Shown: positions 38,850 to 50,283, counted from the stretch's first letter. The stretch: DNA of 64,000 nt from an uncultured Tenacibaculum sp. (GCA_964498665.1 CAZCHR010000001.1:1106-65105); one strand, 5' to 3'. The notes: generated by a model not told the origin, from the sequence alone. A program made the numbers and translations.

Positions 38850-39728
38850 TACAGGAATGTCTTTTGGTAAAACATCTAATATTAGTTTTTCAATTGAACT
38901 TCCCCAAGACGTTGTATTCTTTTTAACTTTTGTCATATCACCAACAATTACAGCTTTTAGTTTAGTGAAATATCCAGCACGTTTAAGAGATCGTAACATT
39001 CTGTCTATCGAATATTTGTATTCTCCTATTTCTTCAATAAATAAAATTTTATCTTCGGTTGATATTTGACTTTCAGACCCTAACATAGAAGTCACAATAG
39101 CAATATTACCTCCAACTAATTGCCCTTTTACCTCTCCTACTCTATTATATTCTGACGATGCTATTTTATATGTTAACGTTTCACCAAACAATGCTTTTCG
39201 TAAACTTTCAATGGTATGAGGAATATCTGATGGGTTATCTTGCATACTAGTTCCCATCATTCCATGAATCGTTTCTATTTCTAGATTATGAATATGGTTA
39301 TGAAATGCGGTAATATCAGAATAACCAATTATCCATTTCGGGTGCTCTTTAAAATTCGTGAAATCTAATTTATCTAAAATCCTAACTGAACCATAACCAC
39401 CACGAGCAGACCAAATAGCTTTTATATTTGGATTATCTAAAGCATCCTGAAAATCTTGACAGCGTTCTTCATCAGAACCTGCAAAATGATGACTCTGATT
39501 AAACATATGTTTACCATACACTACGTTTAACCCCCAACTCTCAGCTAAAGCTTTCGCTTTATCAATAATATGTTTTCTATTCTTTAAAATACCTGCAGGA
39601 GCTACAATAGCAATCGTGTCACCTTTTTGTAAAGAAGGCGGAGTTATTAATTTCATAGTTTCAGTTTGTGAGTGCACTGATGAAAACATCAATACAAAAA
39701 ATAATAGTATAATTTTATTTCCATCCAT
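38745..39728 (-). CDS. LD-carboxypeptidase (peptidase S66)
   Basis: IAIVAPAG, ARGGYG, IGYSDIT, GGN, FIEE, PAGH; start at MDGNK signal peptide. Confidence 0.92.
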   Translation of the reverse strand: MDGNKIILLFFVLMFSSVHSQTETMKLITPPSLQKGDTIAIVAPAGILKNRKHIIDKAKALAESWGLNVVYGKHMFNQSHHFAGSDEERCQDFQDALDNPNIKAIWSARGGYGSVRILDKLDFTNFKEHPKWIIGYSDITAFHNHIHNLEIETIHGMMGTSMQDNPSDIPHTIESLRKALFGETLTYKIASSEYNRVGEVKGQLVGGNIAIVTSMLGSESQISTEDKILFIEEIGEYKYSIDRMLRSLKRAGYFTKLKAVIVGDMTKVKKNTTSWGSSIEKLILDVLPKDIPVLFNFPAGHEPDNRALIMGREVELSIKEKMSIIIF

Positions 39729-40122
39729 CCTCTTTCCAATATTCTTCCTTAGCTTTTGTTTCAATACCATATTTTACTTTCATAAATTCAAACTTTATTG
39801 AGTCTAAAGCTTTAAGGTTCGTTTTACCTTTTAATCTATCTTGATAATCTCTTTTACTCTCTAGAATTTTATCAATTAAATAATAATTTATTGAATCATC
39901 GTTTTTTGTACTTGCTAAAATATATTCTTTATTATAACCTAATTCTTCAATATTTTTAATTACAGTAGGTCCAAGGGCATATGGATTACCTAAATCATTA
40001 GGTATGTATATCAGATTAAAAGCTGGTTCAACCATATAATAAAAATCACCGCCTAAGTTTTTGTCTCCATAAAAATTTTCACAGGAAAACATAAACAACA
40101 ACAGTAAAAACACTCTTTTCAT
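39715..40122 (-). CDS. Hypothetical lipoprotein
   Basis: MKRVFLLLLFMFSC lipobox-like N-terminus. Confidence 0.7.
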   Translation of the reverse strand: MKRVFLLLLFMFSCENFYGDKNLGGDFYYMVEPAFNLIYIPNDLGNPYALGPTVIKNIEELGYNKEYILASTKNDDSINYYLIDKILESKRDYQDRLKGKTNLKALDSIKFEFMKVKYGIETKAKEEYWKEDGWK

Positions 40123-40226
40123 AAATACTTTTCAATAACAACATTACTCTATCAAATGTACCCAATTTATAACACTATAAAAAATTGCTTTTTTGTACTT
40201 TTGCACTTTAATTTTAGCAAATAAAA

Positions 40227-42281
40227 ATGAGTACACCGAAAAGATATACAATTACAGCTGCATTACCTTATACTAACGGACCTATTCATATTGGTCATTT
40301 AGCTGGGGTATATGTTCCTGGAGATATTTACGCACGTTATTTACGTCAACGAGGAAAAGACGTTGCATACATTTGTGGTTCTGATGAACACGGAGTTGCA
40401 ATACCAATGCGTGCAAAAAAAGAAGGTGTTACTCCACAAGATATTATTGATAAATACCATGCAATTATTAAAAAATCATTCGTTGATTTTGGTATTTCTT
40501 TTGACAATTATTCTCGTACTTCATCAGAAACTCATCATAAAACAGCTTCTGATTTTTTCACTAAATTGTATAACGATGGTGAATTTATAGAAGAAGTTAC
40601 TGAGCAATTATACGATGCAGAAGCAAATCAATATTTAGCAGATCGTTTTGTTGTGGGTACTTGTCCAAAATGTGGAAATGAAGAAAGTTATGGTGACCAA
40701 TGTGAAAAATGCGGTACAAGTCATAATGCTACAGATTTAATCAATCCTAAATCGGCAATTACAGGAAATGTTCCTACTTTAAAAAAGACAAAACACTGGT
40801 TTTTACCTTTAGATAAACATGAAGATTTTTTACGTAAATGGATTGTTGAAGGACATAAACATGATTGGAAACCTAATGTTTTAGGTCAATGTAAATCTTG
40901 GATTGACGATGGTTTACGACCTCGTGCAGTAACACGTGATTTAGATTGGGGAATTCCTGTTCCTCTTGAAGCAGCTGACGGAAAAGTGTTATACGTTTGG
41001 TTTGATGCTCCTATCGGATATATTTCTGCTACCAAAGAATGGGCAGCTCGTGAAGGTAAAAACTGGGAAGATTACTGGAAAAAAGACGATACAAAATTAG
41101 TTCACTTTATTGGTAAGGATAACATTGTATTTCACTGTTTGATTTTTCCTTCAATGTTAAAAGCACATGGAGATTATATTCTACCAGAAAATGTACCCGC
41201 CAATGAGTTTTTAAATTTAGAAGGAAACAAATTATCTACTTCTAAAAATTGGGCGGTTTGGTTACATGAGTATTTAGAAGAATTTCCAGATCAGCAAGAT
41301 GTATTACGCTATACTTTAACAGCCAATGCACCTGAAAGTAAAGACAATGATTTTACTTGGAAAGATTTTCAAACGAAAAACAACAGTGAGTTAGTTGCAA
41401 TTTTCGGAAACTTTATAAATCGTGTAGTTGTTTTAACAAACAAATACTACGAAGGAAAAGTTCCTGCTGCTGGAGATTTATCTGAAATTGATGAAGAAAC
41501 TTTAGAAAGTTTAAAACAGTTTCCAGATACAATAGCAAAATCTATAGAGCGCTATCGTTTTAGAGAAGCTTCTCAAGAATTAATGAATTTAGCACGTTTA
41601 GGTAATAAATATTTAGCTGATGAAGAACCTTGGAAAATAATTAAGGTTGATGAAGAGCGTACTAAAACAATTATGAATGTAGCATTGCAAATTGCTACTG
41701 CATTAGCTGTTTTATCTGAGCCATTTTTACCTTTTACATCAAGTAAGTTAAAATCAATTTTAAATATTGATGCGAATTTATCTTGGGAAGATGTTGCTGA
41801 AAAATACGTTTTAATTTCTGATAATCATCAAATTAATAAAGCAGAATTATTATTCTCTAAAATAGAAGATAAAACAATCGAAGCGCAGTTAGCAAAATTA
41901 GAAGCTACAAAACTAGCTAACGAAGCTGCTAACAAAGTAATAGAACCTCAAAAAGACACAATTGAATTTGATGATTTTACGAAATTAGATATTCGTGTAG
42001 GAACTATTTTAGAAGCTGAAAAAGTTGCGAAAACTAAAAAACTATTAAAACTTACTGTTGATGTTGGTCTTGATAAAAGAACGATTGTTTCTGGTATTGC
42101 CGAAAGTTTTAAAGCAGAAAATATTATTGGTCAACAAGTTTCGGTAGTATGTAATTTAGCGTCACGTAAATTAAAAGGAATTGAAAGTCAAGGAATGATT
42201 TTAATGACAGATACTCCTGACGGGAAATTAGCTTTTTTACAACCATCAACTAAAGTAAATAATGGAGAATTTATTTCGTAA
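40227..42281 (+). CDS. metG: Methionine--tRNA ligase
   Basis: HIGH, Zn knuckles, KLSTS, C-terminal tRNA-binding domain. Confidence 0.97.
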   Translation: MSTPKRYTITAALPYTNGPIHIGHLAGVYVPGDIYARYLRQRGKDVAYICGSDEHGVAIPMRAKKEGVTPQDIIDKYHAIIKKSFVDFGISFDNYSRTSSETHHKTASDFFTKLYNDGEFIEEVTEQLYDAEANQYLADRFVVGTCPKCGNEESYGDQCEKCGTSHNATDLINPKSAITGNVPTLKKTKHWFLPLDKHEDFLRKWIVEGHKHDWKPNVLGQCKSWIDDGLRPRAVTRDLDWGIPVPLEAADGKVLYVWFDAPIGYISATKEWAAREGKNWEDYWKKDDTKLVHFIGKDNIVFHCLIFPSMLKAHGDYILPENVPANEFLNLEGNKLSTSKNWAVWLHEYLEEFPDQQDVLRYTLTANAPESKDNDFTWKDFQTKNNSELVAIFGNFINRVVVLTNKYYEGKVPAAGDLSEIDEETLESLKQFPDTIAKSIERYRFREASQELMNLARLGNKYLADEEPWKIIKVDEERTKTIMNVALQIATALAVLSEPFLPFTSSKLKSILNIDANLSWEDVAEKYVLISDNHQINKAELLFSKIEDKTIEAQLAKLEATKLANEAANKVIEPQKDTIEFDDFTKLDIRVGTILEAEKVAKTKKLLKLTVDVGLDKRTIVSGIAESFKAENIIGQQVSVVCNLASRKLKGIESQGMILMTDTPDGKLAFLQPSTKVNNGEFIS

Positions 42282-42333
42282 AAATTTACTAAATTGAACA
42301 CTCAAATTAAAACCCTTTCTAAGGGTATAAAAA

Positions 42334-43644
42334 ATGAAAAAAAACAGATTATTAATAGAGAATTTTGGACCTATAAAAAAAGCTGAGATAGATTTAAAAG
42401 ATATGCTTGTTTTTATTGGACCACAATCTTCAGGGAAAAGTACTTTAGCTAAGTTAATTACTATTTTAAATGATTTTAATTTTAAGCAAAACGATAGTAT
42501 TCGATTAATTGATGAATTAAAAAAATATAATTTAGAATCTTTTTTAAAAAGCAATACGAAAATACAATATCACACGTCATTTTTTAATTTTTTTTATAAT
42601 AAAAAAGAAGAAATTAAAATTGATTATGAGAGCTATTATAAAAATCTAAAATCAAAAGACAGAGTATCAATTAAATTTAAAAAAGCTCTTATCAATTTAA
42701 TGATTAGTGGTATAATTATAGACGATAAATTAGAACTACTTCTCGGAGAACTTTATAAAAATAATGATTTTGGGTTAAATCAAAATCTTAAAGATTTAAA
42801 AATAGGTTCTTTTAATAAACGTATAAATTTTATTTTAGAGTCTTATGAAATGGATCCTGACAATACTTTAATTCTAGATAATTTATTTAATACTGTTAGT
42901 AAAGTCTTTCCTTTTATAAGTCCTATGGATTCAATGTATATTCCTGCTGAAAGAATGTTGCTACCTATTATTAGTTCAAATATTGCTGGTTTAATAAATA
43001 ACAAAGTTAAAATTCCTAATCATATAATTCAAGTCACTCAAGAATTTGAAAAGGCTATTCAAAATGTCGAGTCTATTGATTTAAATATTATTGGCGATCT
43101 TAAATACAAGAGAAAATCAGGTACATCATATATCTACCATAATAGAAATCAAAAAATTCAGTTAAAGGAAGCTTCTTCAGGTGTTCAAAGCATTTTGCCT
43201 ATTTTATTACTTATTGAATCTTCCTTACAAAACAAAAACTACATCAACCTTAACTATGTAGTTGAAGAACCTGAGCTAAATCTTTATCCTCAAGCTCAAT
43301 ACGAGCTTATTAAATATTTAGTTAAGAATTGTTTAGAGACTGGAGAAAATAATCTAAAATCTAAAAATTTAATAATTACCACTCATAGCCCTTATATATT
43401 GACAGCCATAAATAATTTATTATTAGCTAACTCTAAAGGGGAAAAAAATAAAAATGAAGTTGAAGAACTTATAAACTCAGAAAGTTGGATTAATCCTGAA
43501 AAATTTAATGCTTATGAAGTAAAAAATGGAAAAGTAAAAAGAATTTTCAATTCAAAAGTCAAACTAATTGAAGAAACCATTATTGATGATGTTTCTCAAA
43601 ACATGCTTGAAGACTTTAAAGATTTAGCTTCAATAAATGATTAA
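42334..43644 (+). CDS. ABC-type ATPase (AAA_15/AAA_21-like)
   Basis: IENFGPI, Walker A GPQSSGKS, YIPAER, signature ASSGVQS, Walker B/D-loop VVEEPELNLYP, ITTHSPY. Confidence 0.88.
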   Translation: MKKNRLLIENFGPIKKAEIDLKDMLVFIGPQSSGKSTLAKLITILNDFNFKQNDSIRLIDELKKYNLESFLKSNTKIQYHTSFFNFFYNKKEEIKIDYESYYKNLKSKDRVSIKFKKALINLMISGIIIDDKLELLLGELYKNNDFGLNQNLKDLKIGSFNKRINFILESYEMDPDNTLILDNLFNTVSKVFPFISPMDSMYIPAERMLLPIISSNIAGLINNKVKIPNHIIQVTQEFEKAIQNVESIDLNIIGDLKYKRKSGTSYIYHNRNQKIQLKEASSGVQSILPILLLIESSLQNKNYINLNYVVEEPELNLYPQAQYELIKYLVKNCLETGENNLKSKNLIITTHSPYILTAINNLLLANSKGEKNKNEVEELINSESWINPEKFNAYEVKNGKVKRIFNSKVKLIEETIIDDVSQNMLEDFKDLASIND

Positions 43645-44185
43645 TCAGATAATTCAAAAGTTTAACAATCTAGATGTTAATAATTGCCATATAGAATTTA
43701 CACAATCATTTTATTTAAACGATTCTGAAAATGGTAAATGTTTAGCTATTCTAACCGATGAAGAAGCTACTTGTATGATTGAAAATAGTGACACATTCAA
43801 AATTGACTTTGTAGCTATTGACGACTGCTTAATAAAAGATGTATCTACAGAAAAATGTGATGCTTTGGTATCTAAGAAAAAAAATATTTGGTTTATTGAA
43901 TTAAAAGAAGTTAGTAGAGAAGGTGGAAGAACTAAATATAATCAAAGGAAAAGGAGATATAGAGAAAAAGCAACTTCTCAAATTGCTGCTACCATAAATT
44001 ATTTCAAAAATAAAGGAATTGATTTTAAAGGATTCACCGTAGGAGGATTAATTTGTTTCCCTCCATTCCCTTCTTTAAGCATTCCTACTAGTATTCCAAC
44101 AACATCATCTCAAAATAGAATTTTACAATTCCAAAATGCTTGTGGGTACACAAGTATTTATGAAGGAAATCACATTGTTTTATAA
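43637..44185 (+). CDS. Hypothetical protein, putative PD-(D/E)xK nuclease fold
   Basis: KCDALV...WFIELK followed by a helix with KATSQI; overlaps the ATPase end by 8 nt. Confidence 0.6.
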   Translation: MINQIIQKFNNLDVNNCHIEFTQSFYLNDSENGKCLAILTDEEATCMIENSDTFKIDFVAIDDCLIKDVSTEKCDALVSKKKNIWFIELKEVSREGGRTKYNQRKRRYREKATSQIAATINYFKNKGIDFKGFTVGGLICFPPFPSLSIPTSIPTTSSQNRILQFQNACGYTSIYEGNHIVL

Positions 44186-44202
44186 CAACTTATTATATTC
44201 GC

Positions 44203-44230
44203 AACCTCACTTAAAAAGTGAGGTTTTTTT
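44203..44230 (+). terminator. Intrinsic terminator-like hairpin after the ATPase/nuclease pair
   Basis: AACCTCACTT-aaa-AAGTGAGGTTTTTTT. Confidence 0.75.
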
Positions 44231-44246
44231 ATTTTAAAAATATTCT

Positions 44247-46379
44247 ATGCAACTAATCTCTTACATCACTTCACGAACACAAATCTCTCAAAAATCAATT
44301 CAAAATACAGTTGAGTTATTAAATGAAGATTGTACTATTCCTTTTATTTCAAGATATAGAAAAGAAAAAACAGGTAATTTAGATGAAATTGAAATCGGAC
44401 AAATAGTTGAGTTGAAAGAGCAATTTGAAGCATTAGAAAAAAGAAAAAAAGCAATTTTAAAAGCACTAGAAGAACAAGATGTTTTAACGAGTGATTTAAA
44501 AGAAAAAATCCACAAAGTAACCGACCTTACAACTTTAGAAGATATTTATCTTCCTTATAAAAAGAAACGTAAAACAAAAGCTGAAACTGCTCGTAAAAAT
44601 GGATTAGAACCTTTGGCTAAAATGATAATGAGTCAGCGAGTAAACGACATAGAATATACCGCTTCTAAATACATTAACAATGAAGTTGAATCTGAAGAAA
44701 AAGCTTTGGAAGGCGCGCGTTTTATTATTGCTGAATGGATTAACGAACGTACAGATATTAGAAATAATATCCGTTATCAATTAGAACGTTATGCTATCAT
44801 TTCTACCAAAATAATTAAAACAAAAAAAGACGATGAAAAAGCTCAGAAGTTTAAAGATTATTTTGATTGGTCTGAAAATTTAAGTCGCATTCCTTCTCAT
44901 CGTTTATTAGCCATTTTAAGAGCAGAAAGCGAAGGTTTTATTCGTGTAAAAATTGAAATAGACAACGAAAGAGCGCTTCAAAAAATGGAAGATCGAATTA
45001 TTCGTTCTCAAAATGATTGTACTGAACAAATTGAATTAGCTATTGCAGATTCTTATAAGCGATTGTTATTTCCATCGCTTTCTAACGAAGCTTTATCAAT
45101 TGCTAAAGAAAAAGCAGATGAATCTGCAATTGGTGTATTCGCTAAAAACTTACAACAACTTTTATTAGGTGCTCCATTAGGTGAAAAACGAATTTTAGCT
45201 ATTGATCCAGGTTTTAGATCGGGTTGTAAAGTTGTTTGTTTAAATGAGCAAGGAGATTTATTACATAACGAAACCATTTTTCCGCATGCGCCTCAGAATA
45301 GAGATTCTGATGCAATTAAAAAAATCAGTTCACTTACGGATGCTTATAAAATTGAAGCCATCGCTATTGGAAACGGAACAGCATCGAGAGAAACGGAGCA
45401 ATTAATAAAGCGTATTCATTTTAAAAATGAAATTGAGGTTTTTATGGTAAGCGAAGCTGGAGCTTCAATTTATTCTGCATCAAAAATTGCACGTGATGAG
45501 TTTCCTAATTACGATGTTACCGTTCGTGGTTCTGTTTCAATCGGTCGTCGTTTAGCTGATCCTTTGGCTGAATTGGTTAAAATTGATGCTAAATCAATTG
45601 GTGTTGGGCAATATCAACATGATGTAGATCAATCTAAATTAAAAAAATCTTTAGACACTACTGTTGAGCATTGTGTAAATAAAGTGGGAGTTAATATTAA
45701 TACAGCAAGTGCTTCTTTATTAAGTTACGTTTCTGGTATTGGGCCAAAATTGGCAGAAAATATAGTTGCTTATAGAAATGAAAATGGTTCTTTTTCTGAT
45801 AGAAAAACAATTAAAAAAGTTGCTCGATTAGGTGGAAAAGCATTTGAACAATCAGCTGGGTTTTTACGTATTAAGAATGGGAAAAACCCTTTAGATGATT
45901 CAGCTGTTCATCCTGAGCAATATCCTTTAGTAAAAAAAATTGTAAAAGATTTAGGTAAAAACATTTCAGATTTAATTGACAATTCTGCAGAGTTAAAACA
46001 AATAGATTTAAAGAAATATATTACCGATTCTGTTGGTTTACCCACTTTAAAAGATATTATTTCTGAATTAGAAAAACCAGGATTAGATCCACGAGAAAAA
46101 GCGAAAGCATTTAGTTTTAATCAAAATATTAAATCAATTACCGATTTACATGAAGGGCAATTATTACCTGGAATTGTAAATAACATCACCAATTTTGGTT
46201 GTTTTGTAGACATCGGAATTAAAGAAAGCGGTTTAGTACACGTTTCTAATTTATCCAACACTTTTATAAAAGATGTGAATGAGCACGTTACTTTACATCA
46301 ACAAGTAATTGTAAAAGTTTTAGAAGTTGATGTTACTAGAAAACGAATTCAACTTTCTATGAATTATAATAATTCGTAG
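44247..46379 (+). CDS. tex: Tex family RNA-binding transcriptional accessory protein
   Basis: TIPFISRYRKE, IDPGFRSGCK, SEAGASIYSAS, IGVGQYQHDV, S1 domain. Confidence 0.95.
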   Translation: MQLISYITSRTQISQKSIQNTVELLNEDCTIPFISRYRKEKTGNLDEIEIGQIVELKEQFEALEKRKKAILKALEEQDVLTSDLKEKIHKVTDLTTLEDIYLPYKKKRKTKAETARKNGLEPLAKMIMSQRVNDIEYTASKYINNEVESEEKALEGARFIIAEWINERTDIRNNIRYQLERYAIISTKIIKTKKDDEKAQKFKDYFDWSENLSRIPSHRLLAILRAESEGFIRVKIEIDNERALQKMEDRIIRSQNDCTEQIELAIADSYKRLLFPSLSNEALSIAKEKADESAIGVFAKNLQQLLLGAPLGEKRILAIDPGFRSGCKVVCLNEQGDLLHNETIFPHAPQNRDSDAIKKISSLTDAYKIEAIAIGNGTASRETEQLIKRIHFKNEIEVFMVSEAGASIYSASKIARDEFPNYDVTVRGSVSIGRRLADPLAELVKIDAKSIGVGQYQHDVDQSKLKKSLDTTVEHCVNKVGVNINTASASLLSYVSGIGPKLAENIVAYRNENGSFSDRKTIKKVARLGGKAFEQSAGFLRIKNGKNPLDDSAVHPEQYPLVKKIVKDLGKNISDLIDNSAELKQIDLKKYITDSVGLPTLKDIISELEKPGLDPREKAKAFSFNQNIKSITDLHEGQLLPGIVNNITNFGCFVDIGIKESGLVHVSNLSNTFIKDVNEHVTLHQQVIVKVLEVDVTRKRIQLSMNYNNS

Positions 46380-46390
46380 ATAATTGAATG

Positions 46391-47242
46391 TTATTTAATT
46401 TCTCTTGAAGAACCTAACAGTTCGGTTGCCTCTAAAACAATCATATATGCCTCTGAATCGTGTTTTTCAACAAGATTCTTAAGAGTCATAATCCTATTTT
46501 TATTAATAGATAAAAATATAATGTTTCGTTGATTTGTTTGAGATAGGTTATTTCCTTCAATTAAAGTTCCTGAAATACCCATTTTAGATGCTATTACTTT
46601 ATTTAAGGTATTTAAGTCTTCTGAAGCAATATGTACTATTTTATTTTGCTTTCTTCCCGTAAGTACTAAATCAATAAACTTACTTGCTACAAAAATACTT
46701 AACATTGCCCATAAAGCCAGTTCTAAGTTTTTAAAAATAATTGCTGATAAAAGAACTATTAATATATCTAATGTTAAAATTACTGTACCTGGTTTAAAAT
46801 CGTATTTATCTTTTAAAATACGTGCAATAATTGCTCCTCCACCTGCAGATGCATCACCCTTAAATATAATTCCAATACCTAAACCTACGCATAATCCACC
46901 ATAAATAGTTGAGAGTAATGTGTTAGTACTTAATACTGGAAAATGTAAAATCTCTCTAAATAAATCAACATATAAAGCTAATGAAACTAAAGAAATCATA
47001 GTTCTAAAAGCAAAACGTTTACCTATATACTTCACTCCTACTAAAAGCAATGGAGCGTTTAATAACAATAATAATATACCTATAGGAATATTAGAAATAT
47101 AATTTAATACAATTGATAAACCCGCTGTACCACCTGTAGCGATTTTATTTGGAGCCAAAAATCCAACAACACCGATTGCTAAAATTAAACTACCTGTTAA
47201 AATGAACAAATAATTTTTTAACTCTATTTTAATCTTCTTCAT
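46391..47242 (-). CDS. YitT family membrane protein
   Basis: IATGGTAGLS, ASAGG repeats, DUF2179-like tail. Confidence 0.88.
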   Translation of the reverse strand: MKKIKIELKNYLFILTGSLILAIGVVGFLAPNKIATGGTAGLSIVLNYISNIPIGILLLLLNAPLLLVGVKYIGKRFAFRTMISLVSLALYVDLFREILHFPVLSTNTLLSTIYGGLCVGLGIGIIFKGDASAGGGAIIARILKDKYDFKPGTVILTLDILIVLLSAIIFKNLELALWAMLSIFVASKFIDLVLTGRKQNKIVHIASEDLNTLNKVIASKMGISGTLIEGNNLSQTNQRNIIFLSINKNRIMTLKNLVEKHDSEAYMIVLEATELLGSSREIK

Positions 47243-47342
47243 TTATCATTTTTTTTACAAAAATAGACATTGTTATAACCCTTCATACTGATTTTTAACT
47301 AACTATAATTAATAACTTTTTAGCTATTAAGACATTTTCTAT

Positions 47343-47387
47343 ATAAAAACAAAACCTCAAAGTTTCACTTCGAGGTTTTGTTTTTAT
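47343..47387 (-). terminator. Terminator after TonB-dependent receptor
   Basis: ATAAAAACAAAACCTC...GAGGTTTTGTTTTTAT. Confidence 0.8.
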
Positions 47388-47406
47388 AATCAATTTTAAA
47401 GATATT

Positions 47407-50283
47407 TTAATTATTAATTACCCAAGATAAGTAATAAAGTCTACCTATTTGACCTAAACCAGGTGCTGTAAAATATTCTTTTCCGAATAAATTTGTTCCT
47501 CCTACTTTAAATCTAGATTTCATTGATGGAATTCTGTAATTTAACTGAGCATCAATAACAGTTCTTGCATCCACTTCTCCTTTAACAAAAGTTGAAACCC
47601 ACCTATATTTATCAGACCATCTTCCGCTTACATTAAATCCAAAATTTTTAAATAATTTATCATTACCAAACTGAACTTTTACACTATGCTTTGGAGTATT
47701 AAAATTAGGCTCAAATGAATTAAAATCTAAATCTTCTTTCATTTCATAGTCGGCAAAATTATAATTTAAACCTAATTTAAAGTTTTCAAATACTTTGGTA
47801 TGCATACCTAGTCCAAGACCATATGAATTAATTTGAGATTTAGCATTTGTAATTAAATTAAATTCTGTAACATTACCGCTATTAACAGCTGTTGTTGCTG
47901 CAGCATCTAATTGGCCTGTTGCAATGACTTTTCCTGTATGTGGCACTATTATATCTTGATAAAAAACAAAGTTATTATGAAAACTATAATAGGTGTTAAA
48001 ATCTAAATCTAAATTTGTGTCTCCAATTTTTAATAGACCTCTATAACCTAACTCAAAAGTTTTTACTTCTTCTGGTACAATTTCTTTATATTCAGATTTA
48101 ACTAATTTATTTCCACTTTCATTTATATAATCAAAATCATAAACAGATCTTGTTAACAACGCATTGCTTATTAAATCATCACCAATTACAGAAATTCTTG
48201 TCCCATCAACCCTTCTTAAGTTATCAGCAACTGAACCAACAGTTATTTTTCTTGCTGAAGGAGCAAACATGTATTGTTCTTGAATTGTTGGGTTTCTAAA
48301 TCCTGTTTGAAAAGAAAGTCTTAATATTTGATTCTGATCTAAATTATAATTAATAGCAATTCTTGGAGAATAATTTGGTTTAAAGTTCTCAGATTTATCA
48401 TAACGAATAGATCCTGTTAACTTTAATCTATCATCAAACAACTTCTTCTGAATCTGTGTATAAAAACCATATTCTTCTATATTAATTTCTTCAATACCAT
48501 CATTAAATATAGTCCCCTTAGAATCAGGAGAGTAATTTCTATATGATCCACCTACTTGAATATCTGCCCAATCATTTAACAAACTCTTAAAATTATAATT
48601 ACCATCAATATGACTGTAAGAACTTCTATCATAAACCATACTCCCATCTTCTGTAATCAAAGTAGAAGTGATTGAGTTAAAAGCATCATTAAATTCTTTT
48701 GTTCCTGAATTTAATCTAAACTGATCTGCTAATTCTCTAGACGATGCTCTTAGTCTTGCGTCAACATCATTAACGTTAAATCGGTTACCTGAAGGCCCTA
48801 TAAGTCCTGTATTATTATTAATAGTTCCCATATAATTAACCGCATAATAATCTCCCCAACTAGGTATATAACCACCTGAACCTGGTAAAACAGGTATTTT
48901 AGCATCCGCTAAATTATTTAACCTTTGAGCTGTTCTTGTTAAATCATAAGTATCTCCTGCATCATTTCGTGTATAATAACCTCTTACAAAGAAGTTATCT
49001 CCTTTAACTTCTAGTTTAGATTGCCCCATATAGTAATTACGTTGTGCAAACCTCGAAGCTATACCTTGAAACATATTATCTACTCTAGCAATTCTTGTAG
49101 CTAACTCTATCTCTAATGATTCATCTTTAAGTGGACGATAATGTAAAGATGTTGAAAATTTTAAATTTTTAGTTTTATAATCTCTTACTAATTCTCTTTC
49201 TGTATATCCTTTTCTACTTACAAGTGTTCCTACCGGAAATTGAACATTAGAATTAGGATCTAATGACGAAGCTGGTAAATACCCTAAGAATACCAGTGTA
49301 CGTGTAGAATTAGATAAATCTGCAAAATCTTCATCTCCATAAGTATTTATTCCATCATAATCTACTGGAGTATCAAAACTTCCATCAATTAATTCTCCAC
49401 TATCAATTCTTTTATTCCTAAAATCATTAGCATGCCATTCTTCAGCTTCAAAATATGAAAAATTTACTTTAGCTGCAAAAGCATCACTAAATTTGTAAGC
49501 CATACGCACTGTAGCATCATAAAAAGAATTAATTCCTGCTGCTTTCTGACTAGTTGTACCACTCTTTAATAAAAAACTTACACCTGAATAATCAAAAGGG
49601 TTTTTAGTATTCATTATCATAATACCATTATAAGCATTTGCTCCATATAACGCTGAAGATGCTCCTGGTAAAATCTCTACACTTTTAATATCTAATTCTG
49701 AAACACCAGATATATTACCTGTACTAAAATTCAAAGCTGGTGCAGCTGTATCCATACCGTCAACTAATTGTACAAATCTTGAGTTATTAAAATCTGAAAA
49801 ACCTCTAGTGTTTATAGATTTATATCCATAACTAATTTCTCTTGCATCTACACCTTTTAAATTAGTAATTCCATCATAAAACGAATTTGAAGTGTTCATT
49901 TTAATATCTGTTAATCCTAATCTTTCAATAGTTACTGGAGATTCAATAATTCTTTCAGGAACTCTTGATGCTGATATTACAACTTGATCTAGTAAAATGT
50001 TTTCTTTAAGAATTACATTTACATTTTTTTCTGAAGTAACTACAATTGTTTCTGTTCTATATCCTAAAGCTGAAACTATTATTGTTTGAGGGAAAGCTCC
50101 ATCTAATAAAAATGTAAAGCTTCCTTCTTCATCTGATGTTACTACTTTATTACCACTAGTTACTTTTGCAAAGTAAAATGGCTCTAAGTATTCGTCATAG
50201 ACTGACCCTTTTATTTTTACTTGTGCATATGTTGTTACAATGCATAAAGTAAAAACAATCATAATTAATTGTTTTTTAAACAT
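47407..50283 (-). CDS. TonB-dependent receptor with N-terminal carboxypeptidase-regulatory-like domain
   Basis: Signal peptide, LDQVVISASR, plug INTRGF...LVDG, VEILPGASSALYGANA, barrel C-terminus. Confidence 0.92.
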   Translation of the reverse strand: MFKKQLIMIVFTLCIVTTYAQVKIKGSVYDEYLEPFYFAKVTSGNKVVTSDEEGSFTFLLDGAFPQTIIVSALGYRTETIVVTSEKNVNVILKENILLDQVVISASRVPERIIESPVTIERLGLTDIKMNTSNSFYDGITNLKGVDAREISYGYKSINTRGFSDFNNSRFVQLVDGMDTAAPALNFSTGNISGVSELDIKSVEILPGASSALYGANAYNGIMIMNTKNPFDYSGVSFLLKSGTTSQKAAGINSFYDATVRMAYKFSDAFAAKVNFSYFEAEEWHANDFRNKRIDSGELIDGSFDTPVDYDGINTYGDEDFADLSNSTRTLVFLGYLPASSLDPNSNVQFPVGTLVSRKGYTERELVRDYKTKNLKFSTSLHYRPLKDESLEIELATRIARVDNMFQGIASRFAQRNYYMGQSKLEVKGDNFFVRGYYTRNDAGDTYDLTRTAQRLNNLADAKIPVLPGSGGYIPSWGDYYAVNYMGTINNNTGLIGPSGNRFNVNDVDARLRASSRELADQFRLNSGTKEFNDAFNSITSTLITEDGSMVYDRSSYSHIDGNYNFKSLLNDWADIQVGGSYRNYSPDSKGTIFNDGIEEINIEEYGFYTQIQKKLFDDRLKLTGSIRYDKSENFKPNYSPRIAINYNLDQNQILRLSFQTGFRNPTIQEQYMFAPSARKITVGSVADNLRRVDGTRISVIGDDLISNALLTRSVYDFDYINESGNKLVKSEYKEIVPEEVKTFELGYRGLLKIGDTNLDLDFNTYYSFHNNFVFYQDIIVPHTGKVIATGQLDAAATTAVNSGNVTEFNLITNAKSQINSYGLGLGMHTKVFENFKLGLNYNFADYEMKEDLDFNSFEPNFNTPKHSVKVQFGNDKLFKNFGFNVSGRWSDKYRWVSTFVKGEVDARTVIDAQLNYRIPSMKSRFKVGGTNLFGKEYFTAPGLGQIGRLYYLSWVINN

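Noticed and set aside
42282-44246. att sites or target duplications around the ATPase/nuclease pair
   Set aside because: No convincing direct or inverted repeat was seen by eye and there is no integrase, so it is not called a mobile element
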